This document shows, piece by piece, positions 54,837-64,000 of a stretch of DNA of 64,000 bases. Made by a program: the position numbers and the translations under genes. Source of the DNA: an uncultured bacterium (GTDB lineage Bacteria > Patescibacteriota > Gracilibacteria > Absconditabacterales > Absconditicoccaceae). Each line of letters starts with the position of its first letter. Within the stretch, counting starts at the first letter, position 1. Location: NCBI GenBank assembly GCA_947168815.1, contig CAMVNG010000003.1, positions 8,478 through 72,477 of the forward strand, written 5' to 3'. The notes under the pieces were generated by a model, which had not been told where the DNA came from, searched no databases, and saw nothing but the letters and a program-made list of their open reading frames with translations.

Positions 54837-56891
54837 TTATGCTAAAATATCACCTATTTTCTCATCAAGGAATTTTTGAAGAGCAGGAAGTCCTTCAAGA
54901 TTAGGATATTTAGTCAGTAACCATAAAGCAGCTTCTTGAACGGTTTCCAAGAATCTCATATCACTAAGAATTTCGATTGGAATATCACTTATACCAGATT
55001 GCATTGTTCAAAGAATCTCTCAAGAACCGCGATTTTTTAAATCAAGTTCTGCAAGTTTAAAACCATCTGTTGTTTCTTCCATTGCTTTTAGTCTTTCATA
55101 ACTGTCTCCAGATTTTTTAGGGGTTTCAAGAAAACAATAAGATTGAATATCAGACCTTCAAATTCTACCTCTAAGCTGATGAAGTTGTGCGAGTCAAAAT
55201 CTTTCTGAATTTCTAATAATCATAATTGTTGCTTCAGGAACATCTACTCAAACTTCAATAACTGTAGTTGAAACTAGCATAACTAACTTTCATTTTTTGA
55301 AGTTTTGCATAACTTCGTCTTTATCTTTTGGCCTCATTTTTCAGTGAAGAAGTCCTATTTTTCATTTTAATTCAGGATAGAGTTCAACCATATTTTCATA
55401 TTCATTTAAGACAGATTGAACATCATCCAAAGTTTCACTTTCTTCAATAAGAGGAGTAACAATAAATGCTTTTTGTCCTTTATTGATTTTATCTAAAATC
55501 CAAGGCTTAAGTTTAGTTGTTTCAGAGGTCGAAATAATTTTCGTTTGTATAGGTAATCTTCATTTAGGAAGTTCGTCAATAACACTAACATCGAATTCTC
55601 AGAAAAATGCAATTGCCATGGATCTTGGAATTGGTGTAGCGCTCATCTGAAGAATGTGAGGTGCTCAAAATTTCTTAAAAAAAGCCCTTTGTTTTACTCA
55701 AAATTTATGTTGTTCATCAATAATAACATATTGAAGATTGTGAAAATCTACGTTTTCTTGTAAAAGAGCATGAGTTCATATGATAACATCAATTCTTCCT
55801 TCTTTAAGGTCTAATTTTATTTTGTCTTTTTGTCATTTTGTGAGAGAACCTGTTAGGAGCTCAACTCTCATTCACAATGGGAGTAGAAGCTTTGCCACAG
55901 ATTGATAGTGCTGTTGAGCAAGAACTTCTAGCGGTGCGAGAAAAACAGTCTGTCCTCAAATAATTTGTTTAAGATAATAAGCAGCAAGCGTTGCAACAAT
56001 AGTCTTTCAACTTCCAACATCTCATTGTAGAAGTCTTATCATTGGTTTTCATGAATGAAAATCATCGATAATCTGTTTTACTACTTTTTTTTGAGCGTGA
56101 GTTAATTCAAAAGGAAGACGAGATAGCATATTTTTTAAAACTTCCCGCTGTTGATCAAATCATATTGTTTTATTTGCTGACTGATATTTTAATTTATTTG
56201 AAAGAGAGAATAATTGGATTCTTAGTAGTCTATCGAAGAAAACCCTATGAATAGCTTTGTTCTTTAATTCTTCTGAATCGGGATAATGTACATTTTTAAT
56301 TGTTGTTCAAACATCTAGGAGATTAAATTTTTTAAGAAATTCATCTGGAAGATACTCAGAAAAATATTGAGGAATTTCATCAAGATGTTCCCAAACTTTT
56401 TTTGCAAATCGTCAGGGTTTTATTCCATTCATCTCTGAATAAATTGGGAAAATCCTTCAAGTATTATAAAATTCTTGAAGTTCTCAATTGTCAGAAGATG
56501 GAACAATATCGGGATGTGAAAAGATGGTTTTTCAATATTTGAAAGTAGGTTTTCATACAATAATATACCAAGCTCCTTCTTGTAGCTTACTTGCAAGGTA
56601 TCAAGAATTAAAAATAGAGATAGATCAAAGAATTCCTAATTCATCTTCAAAAGTAATATCATAAATAGTCCTTCATCATCTTTTAAAAACCTTTTTAGAA
56701 ATTATTTTTCACTTTGTTGAAGTAACTCCTTTTTCATCAAAAATAAGTTGATTTAGAGGTTTAATTCAAGCTCTATTTTCATAAGTTCTAGGAAAGTAAT
56801 TGAAAAAATCCTTTACTGTTGTAATTCAGTTGTTGGCAAGAAGTTTTAAATAGAGTGGAGTTGTTTTAAGGAAGGATTTTAATTCAGACAT
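54837..56891 (-). CDS. recG: ATP-dependent DNA helicase RecG
   Basis: Wedge/OB N-terminus, then helicase motifs GDVGSGKT, DEQHKFG, SATPIPRS, QLHQLRGRIGR. 684 aa. Confidence 0.9.
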
Positions 56892-56932
56892 TGTTGAGTA
56901 AGGATAGCTTAAGTTATTCTAAGAATATTTTT

Positions 56933-57964
56933 TTATTCTTCTGTTGCAATAAGTTTACTTTCTTTTTGAAAATGATATTCTATCTCATTAAGAAAATCTT
57001 GAATATCTTTTTCTAAATATCAACAACTTTGTATTTTTAATCAAGATGCATTATGATGACCACCTCATCAAAAAAGGTTTGCCAAAAGAGAGCAATCAAT
57101 ATCTCATCTTCATCTTAATGAAACTTTTATATAATTTTCTATCTTTTTTATAAAGATAACTAAATCATTATTCCTAATATCTTGCATAACATGTAGTGCA
57201 TAATCAGCTTCATCATGATCAATGTGATATTCTTCAAGTTCCTTTTCATCATAATAAGAATAAATGACGCTTAGAACTTTTTCTCATTCAGGTACTTTAA
57301 TATAAAGCTTTTGCATTCTTCATAATACTAATTGCATGAATTGAACAGAACGATAAGATTTACTACGAAAAACTTCATCAATTATTTCTTTTTTATGGGC
57401 TCAAAGTTCAAGCAAATCTGCGGCAATTCTGAATGCTCTTACAGATTGTTCTCCTTCATCAAAACGGAAATTTCAACTATCAGTTGAAAGTCAGGTATAA
57501 AAATAAGTAGCAATTTCTTCATCAAAAAGCTCTTTCCACCAATTCTTTGTAATTTCATAAACAAGAGAACAAGTGCTAATCGAACTAGGATCACGATATA
57601 TTAATGTATTTGTTGGCTCTGCTTCTGGTTTGTGATGATCAATAATAATTTTTTTCTTTGGGTCAAAATAATCTTCATGTCCTCAAGTAAATGCTGGAAT
57701 TCTAGAGTATTGATTAAAGTCTAAGAAAACGAGAAGATCATAATCTCAGTAATCAAATTCATATTTAAGTTTTTGATCATAGTGTAAAAAATCAAAAACA
57801 TGACTTGGCTTATTAGGGGTGAAATAAGAAACAGTTTTTCATTGTTTTTCTAAAAGTCTTCCGAAACCTAGGATTGCACCAAGAGCATCTCAATCAATGA
57901 CTTCATGACCAAAGACAGCTATTGTATTCGCATTTTCAATTTCTTGTTTTATTTTTTCTAACAT
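56933..57964 (-). CDS. nrnA: DHH/DHHA1 phosphoesterase (NrnA-like oligoribonuclease/pAp phosphatase)
   Basis: GHEVIDGDALGA, IIIDHH, and the DHHA1 motif GGGGHHNASG. 343 aa. Confidence 0.85.
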
Positions 57965-57985
57965 TAGGGATAACATAAAGATAAA

Positions 57986-58645
57986 TTAAGCATGAAGTGT
58001 CTCTTTATATCTAGGGAATATTTTTCAAATAATCCATTCTTCAAAACGAATAATTGGAATAAAAATTCGTTTATCTATGAAGTTAAAACAAACAGGAATC
58101 ATGAGGATTACAGGGACTAGTATTCACATAATGCATCATGCAAGAATATCGGTTGTTCGGTGAACTGTTGTTCATATTCTGCAAAGAACGGTAATAATTG
58201 CTATAATAAAAAGGAAAATAGCCCATCGAGTAAGTTTTTTATTCTTATGCTTACGAGCAATTAAGAGGGTTCACATTGCAATTGAAAAAGTAACTACAGC
58301 ATGATCTGAAGGGAATGATGTAGATGGAAGAAATTGATGAAGAATTGTCTCATCATAATCTTGAATCCCTAGTTCATATATAGGTCTTTTTTTATCAAAA
58401 AATTGTTGTGAAATAATATTTGCTGCTGCTGAAAAGAAACACGCAAAAAAGATAAATAAAGCCTCTTTCTTCTGTTCAAGTTTTGTCTTTATCATTCAGT
58501 AAAAGTAGAGAGCTAGAAGAAAGATAGGATAAATGAAAACAAAAACATCAGCTCATATTGGATAGAAACTTCAAAGTCGAGGATAGCGCTCTCATAAATC
58601 TACGATATATAATAGAAAATCGTATCATCGACGTGGCTCTATCAT
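57986..58645 (-). CDS. PAP2-family phosphatase (possible undecaprenyl-diphosphate phosphatase)
   Basis: Three PAP2 motifs: KKRP, PSDH, and R-x5-H-x3-D in CRIGTTVHRTTD. Track ORF 58271..58495 is in frame. The protein is multi-pass. Confidence 0.75.
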
Positions 58646-58647
58646 AG

Positions 58648-59304
58648 TTATTTTAGGCATTTTTTCTGATGATTTTTAGTAAAATAAAGACATAAAGATT
58701 GAAGACGACAATTCTCACACTTAGGAGACCTTGCCATACATTGGTATCTTCCGAAAAGAATAATACAATGATGTGCAATGAGTTTATATTGAGAAGGAAT
58801 TCTTTCCTCTAAAAGTTTTGATGTTTGTAGTGCTGTTTTTGTTTGGACAATTCAAAGTCTATTACAGACTCTATGTACATGGGTGTCTACAGCAATGACA
58901 GGTTTTTTATAGAGGACATAAACAACAACTTTAGCCGTTTTTTCTCAAACTCAAGGGAGTTTTATGAGCTCTTCTTCGGTCTTAGGAATTTCTCAATTAT
59001 TTAAAGCGAGTATTTCTGAAGTTTTATAAATATACTTAGCTTTATTTCTGTACAGATTAATTGAATTAATGGATTTCTCGAATTTTTTTAATCCCATATT
59101 AAGAACATCCTGAGGCTCCTTTATTGTTTGAAAAAGCTTATCAGTGACTTTGTTGACCTGTTTATCTGTTGTTTGAGCAGAAAGAATAACAGCAACAAGA
59201 AGTTGAAATGGGGTATTAAAATGAAGTTCGGTATCGGCATTCGGAAATAATTCTTCTAGATAAGAGAATATAATATCATAATCCGAATCCTTTAATTTCT
59301 TCAT
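58648..59304 (-). CDS. nth: endonuclease III
   Basis: HhH-GPD element LPGVGEKTAKVV...VDTHVHRV and the 4Fe-4S cluster C-x6-C-x2-C-x5-C (CMARSPKCENCRLQSLC). Confidence 0.9.
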
Positions 59305-59436
59305 ATCCTAAGATAAAGATAAACGTTTATTATACTAAGGTTTTGTTTGAAAAAATCAAGGTAGTAAACTTGAAAATGCAAGAGAAATTATTAGTATCTA
59401 AGCAATAAATTACTACTTTTATTTTTCTACTATCGC

Positions 59437-60429
59437 ATGTTTTATCTTTGGCATGAGGCTTATGATAAAAATCATCCTAAGTTTTCTGTAGTAAAGTTCC
59501 AAGATAAACTAGGATTGCAACAATATGATAGATATGAAAAATTGGATAAGATTATTGCTGATTCATTAGAATATCAGAATTATGATCATTATTTTCTTTT
59601 AGATGATTCTAGATTCCATTATTTTAGGTTTGATATTTTTGAAGAGGTTAACGAGCCATTAAAAATAGTCGATTTGGATAGAATTGTAAATGAAAGATTA
59701 GATCATTTAAAATCAGTTACAAAGGAAGAATTATTATTCCCATCAATAGATAATATTTATGTAGACTGAGAGCCAAAAAAGTTCTTAATTTGAGAAAAGG
59801 GACAGATTTTTTTCCGTCTCTATTTTATTTATATTAATAGAAATACGCTCTTAGAGTTTAATAAATATTATGGAAATATATTTAATCAAGAGAATGTTCA
59901 TATTCGACCAGAAAGTTTCAAGACGGTTTCTTTTTTAAAGAAAAAACTTGAAAGAGATTCATTCCTTTTACTTTATATAAAAGATAATTCTTGTAAAGTT
60001 ATTTCAGTTGAGGATTGATTTTATAAACAGATTGAACATATTAATTTCTGAGTGAATTATCTAATGCAGATGTATAAAGATAATCAAATCGTAAAATATT
60101 GGTATAAGGGAACAGAAGAAATAGATCAAAATCCTTTGGCTAAGAATCTTGTATTAGAGAGTATTCACTTTTACATTGATTACTTATGTAAGTGGTTAGA
60201 TGATTTAAATTTAACAGATAAAGATATATTCTTAATATCATCAATTGTTAAAAATGGTAATTTTATGGAAGAATTCAATAAAGTGTATGCATGATTTCAT
60301 AATAAATATATTGTTCCATTTCATCATTCTGATCAATTAGAACTTTTCTGAAAACATCGATCACCAGAAGAAATGGACACTCTAGTATTCCTAAATAGCT
60401 GAAGAATAAGGAAAATACTTATGTGATAG
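59437..60429 (+). CDS. hypothetical protein (330 aa)
   Basis: Track ORFs 59437..59769 and 60052..60294 share one frame and are joined through TGA codons. It has a weak resemblance to actin-like (FtsA/PilM) folds. Confidence 0.6.
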
Positions 60430-60451
60430 TTATTAAAAATAGTTAAAGATG

Positions 60452-60482
60452 TCATTTATTGAAACATAAATGATATTTTTTA
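60452..60482 (+). terminator. rho-independent terminator
   Basis: TCATTTAT/ATAAATGA stem with a 6-nt loop, followed by TATTTTTTA. Confidence 0.5.
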
Positions 60483-60555
60483 TAATTTTTTGCTAAATTC
60501 ATGTAAGTTCAGTAAAATTATAGTAACTATTTATTTTAGATACTCTAATATTTCA

Positions 60556-61515
60556 ATGCATTCGAAGGTGTGGGTAGAAGAAAAGATAAGAGAGCTGCAA
60601 AGATCATACAGAGACTGAACGATAACTGAGGAAGATTATCGTAAGTCTTATGAGTATCTTGAAAAAAAATATTCAACTCCTATTTGGGATAAAATAGTAA
60701 CATATTTTAAAAATTTGAAAAATATTGATAAAAATTCTAAACCAGAAGAAAGTAAATTAACAGAACAAGAAAAACAATTATTAATGAACGATGATTATTA
60801 TCGCATTCATGTAAAGCCTTCTCATAAGCCTAAAAAAATATTGAATTGATGGCTTGTAATATTTATTGTTTTGCTCCTCGTTCTCATCTGTCGTTATCTT
60901 TTTTATATGCCATCAAAAACATATTTAAAAGTTGATAATTTCTCAGAAATGTGAGACCCAATTCAAATTCCCGCTACATGATCTATGACAAAAATAGTTG
61001 AAGGGGAGACAATAACAGTTTCATATTTAGCAGAATATACTTTAAGTTGAAGAGTTTTAGCAATTTCTCAATATTGAGAAAATATTTTTGAAAGACTTTT
61101 ATGATCAGTTTACTTAAAAGATAATCTTTTGAGATATAAAGACGTTGGAATATGATGGTGATTCTTAACAGAGGATGATTATGCAAAAAGACTAAAACGA
61201 AAATCTTATTATAGAACAATGTTTCCTGAGATAAAAAGTATGGAAGACTGGAAGTATATTTCTCAGAAATATTCCATTAGAGACATAGAACTTCATTTTT
61301 CTCATAATCACCTAATTCCAGAAAATGATAAGATTAAGAAAGACCTCCGTTGAATTAGAATCGGGGATTATGTACAGATTAAAGGATATCTAGTATCACT
61401 TAATTGAGATCAAGGATATCATTTATCTTCGAGTATGACAAGAGAAGATACTTGAGATTGAGCTTGTGAAACCATCTTAGTTACAGATATAAAGTGGCTA
61501 AAAGAAAAAAAATAG
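60556..61515 (+). CDS. hypothetical single-pass membrane protein (319 aa)
   Basis: ATG 60556 to TAG 61513-61515 with TGA read through. TM helix WLVIFIVLLLVLICRYLFY. The C-terminus reads SSSMTREDTGDGACETILVTDIKWL. Confidence 0.6.
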
Positions 61516-61538
61516 TATTTTTGAAATATGATTAATGA

Positions 61539-61566
61539 TTGAAAAAATAGAGACAATCTCTATAGT
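61539..61566 (+). promoter_or_regulatory. sigma70-like promoter (TTGAAA-N16-TATAGT)
   Basis: -35 at 61539-61544 and -10 at 61561-61566. tsaD ATG is at 61597, with an alternative in-frame ATG at 61591. Confidence 0.45.
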
Positions 61567-61596
61567 ATTTTCTAGTTTAATTTAGAATAAATGTAT

Positions 61597-62622
61597 ATGA
61601 GAACACTTGCTATTGAAACGAGTTGTGATGATACCTCAATAGCTATCGTTACAAATGATAGATGAGTTTTTGAAGTCGAAAAAATCTTAGCATATTCTCA
61701 AATTGCAGAGCATCAGAAATTTTGATGAGTAGTTCCAGAATTAGCTTCAAGGCTTCATAGTGAAAAAATAATAGCATTATTACAAACAATAGGACTTGAA
61801 GAAATTCCCAATGTTGACTTTATTTCTGTAACTACAGAACCTGGACTTCCAGGATCATTAGTAGTTGGAAAGACGGTTTGATTTGAATTAGGAGCATTTT
61901 ATGATAAAGAAGTTGTTCCAATTCATCATATATTAGGACACATGTTCTCTATTCTTTTAGAGAGAAAATTAGAAGATCTTCAATTCCCTCTAGTTATTTT
62001 AACAGCATCCTGATGACATAATGATATTTATGTAGTTGAGGATGGAGAAAAAACAATAGAAGGTGATTATACAACATTTATGTTTGCATGATTTTCTGTA
62101 ACGAAGGTATGATGGACTTTAGATGATGCAGCGTGAGAATGTTTTGATAAAGTTTCAAGAATGCTATGAGGACCATATCCTGGAGGAGTACGGATTTCAG
62201 AAAAGGCCAGTAAAGGAAAGAAAAATCAATTAGTTCAATTCAAAAGAATATTCTTATCTCATGATAAATTTGAATTCAGTTTTTCTTGAATGAAAAGTCA
62301 GGTAACTTTTTTGCTTGAGAAATTAAATAAAGAGGGAATTGAATTAGATGAAAAATTGATATGTGATATAGCATATGATTTTCAAGAAGCAGTTGTAGAA
62401 GTAATGGCAAAAAAACTTATTCATGCAGGTGAACAATTTTGAGCAAAAACTCTAGCTTTAGCATGAGGAGTTTCAGCGAATAACAGATTGTGTGAAATTA
62501 CAAAAGAATTATTAGAAAAAAAACATAAGGAAATACCTTTATTTATCCCTGCTAAGAAACTCTATTCAACAGATAATTGAGCAATGATTTGAGTTGTGGG
62601 GCTTTTAAGTAAGAGAAAATAA
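61597..62622 (+). CDS. tsaD: tRNA N6-adenosine threonylcarbamoyltransferase
   Basis: LAIETSCDDTS, metal motif IHHILGHM, SGGH, LALAGGVSANN. 341 aa. Confidence 0.9.
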
Positions 62623-62654
62623 AACAATTAACTGTTTTAGTATTTTAAATAATA

Positions 62655-63125
62655 ATGAAAAAATATCTTTATCCAGGATTATGAATTCTATTACTAGCAA
62701 TAATCGTTTTTTGCATATGGAAATCAGTTTGAAGAGAAGGAATAGGTAGTAATGAATTAGAAGGTAATGAAATAAATAATGAAGTTGCAGATGTGGCTGA
62801 GGATGAAGTAATACCTCTTGAAACAGAGATTGAAGAGGATGAAGTTATTTATGATGAACCTGTTTATACAGGGCGTGTTGCAGTTCGTTTTAGTGATGAA
62901 GAAGAACAAAAGTCTTTATTAGTCCCTTTAAGAGAATGAGAGAAGGGAAAATATAAAGAAAAGTTTGATTATACAGTAGATGATAGCGAAATTATTGATT
63001 ATGTCCTAACAGATGAGGATATTAAAGACGTTAATATTGATAAAAAAGTTCGAAAAGAAGATAAAAGTAGTGATGAAGAATATATTGAGAACGTCCTTAA
63101 ATCAATGAATTCAAAAAAGCAGTAA
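62655..63125 (+). CDS. hypothetical membrane-anchored acidic protein (156 aa)
   Basis: TM helix GLGILLLAIIVFCIW followed by an E/D/V-rich region. TAA at 63123-63125. Confidence 0.6.
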
Positions 63126-63182
63126 GATTGTAAATTCAATTCCTTAAGATTAATAATTTCTTTAAGAGTGATAAATAATAAA

Positions 63183-63905
63183 ATGAAAATTTATATGGAC
63201 GAGGCATGAAGAGGTCCATTATATGGTCCATTACATATTGGTATAGTAAGCAATATTTGAATATCAGAAAAATTATTAAGAAAACACCTTCTTTTCCAAG
63301 ATAGTAAAGCATTAACTCCTAAAAAAAGAGAGGAGGCTTTTTCTGAAATAATGGATTTAAAAAAACAAGAAAAAATATTGTGTGAAATAGGAACAATAAG
63401 TTCTGAAATGATTGATACATTCTGAGTAACAAGAGCAATAAATCTCGCAGTAATAAAGGCTCTTTATTCTATGCTTGTAAGCATCCTTTCAGAAAAGAAA
63501 AAGAAAAAAATAATAATAGATGATGTTAAAAAATTAATATCTAAATATGAAAAAAAGTTTAATGATAACATTGAATTGGTTTTTGATGGAAAAACTGATT
63601 TCTGAATTTGAAAAGATTTAGGAGTTAAGACTTCTCGGATTGTTCATTGAGATGCAAGTTGTGTACAAATAGCAATGGCATCTATTTTAGCAAAAGTGAG
63701 TAGAGATCATATTCTTGATAGGGTTTGAGAACAATACCCTAATTATTGATTTGAAAAACATAAAGGATATTGAACAAAATTACATTATGCTAAAATAGAG
63801 GAATATTGAGTTCTACCAGAACATAGAAAATTGTTTTTAAAAAAGATCTTCCCAGAACGGAAGATCCAAAAATATAATAAAGATTATATAATATCTCTTA
63901 GTTAA
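63183..63905 (+). CDS. rnhB: ribonuclease HII
   Basis: DEAGRGPLYGP (its Gly is TGA 63207-63209), DSKALT, HGDASCVQIAMASILAKVSRD, HKGYGT. Confidence 0.88.
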
Positions 63906-64000
63906 AGATACTTCTAACTTCATTAATTTCTGAAGAAGTTAATCCTCATTTTGTTGTAATTACAGAACCAGTTGCTTTTTCTCCATCTTTTTTAAGGTTT
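63898..64000 (-). CDS. 3' end of an unidentified CDS (partial, runs off the window)
   Basis: Open frame ...NLKKDGEKATGSVITTKGGLTSSEINEVRSIFN ends at TAA 63898-63900. It overlaps the convergent rnhB 3' end by 8 nt. Confidence 0.4.

Noticed and set aside
59319-59330. Perfect 12-bp palindrome ATAAACGTTTAT in the nth / 59437 divergent promoter region, considered as a possible operator.
   Set aside because: By a rough estimate, palindromes with 6-bp half-sites are expected many times by chance in 64 kb of AT-rich DNA. I saw no second copy in the window.
1-64000. Standard-code reading: very low coding density, with most conserved genes looking like pseudogenes broken by nonsense codons.
   Set aside because: All the interruptions are TGA, never TAA or TAG. 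They sit on conserved Gly positions, and read-through gives full-length proteins with complete motif sets. This is codon reassignment, not decay.
1-64000. UGA=Trp (table 4, Mollicutes-like), suggested by the AT-rich composition.
   Set aside because: The TGA positions align with invariant Gly, for example SGGVDS in mnmA, DEAGRGP in rnhB, GxxGxGKT P-loops and KKKVGK in L11. TGG is used normally for Trp, for example PRWAIAYKF and EPWHRRY.

Overview
This is an AT-rich, gene-dense chromosomal segment. I call about 62 CDS and one tRNA, and I see no rRNA, CRISPR array, transposase or integrase. The organism reads UGA as glycine (translation table 25, known from Gracilibacteria/BD1-5 and Absconditabacteria/SR1). 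The supplied standard-code ORF track is therefore shattered. Conserved genes appear as same-frame fragments separated only by TGA. Reading TGA through restores full-length gltX, rsmI, secE-nusG-rplK-rplA, ligA, an ABC-F ATPase, ruvA, dinD, rsmA, holB, grpE, mnmA, alr, rpmA, rpmF, nusB, pth, recG, nrnA, nth, tsaD and rnhB. These housekeeping genes are interleaved with many lineage-specific membrane proteins, lipoproteins, repeat proteins and hyper-acidic ORFans. All coordinates come from hand translation with TGA=Gly, and they include the stop codon. The most notable observations are listed here.
- The recoding itself, with an internal GGA/TGA paralog proof at 17058 versus 17169.
- A PHP-only dnaE fragment and an N-terminal-half clpB that end tail to tail on one shared bidirectional terminator, plus a free-standing AlaX-like module. 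Together these suggest gene fission or decay.
- A broken secE-nusG-rplKA cluster, followed by a self-contained module of an 875-aa membrane protein and a lipoprotein.
- L27 with a perfect 75-bp tandem-repeat Lys/Ala tail.
- A protein made of about 25 consecutive 11-residue repeats.
- A 649-aa hyper-acidic protein.
- A TGA-free lipoprotein cassette.
I could not recognise a multi-gene system with an assignable new function. The ORFan modules are flagged as candidates only.
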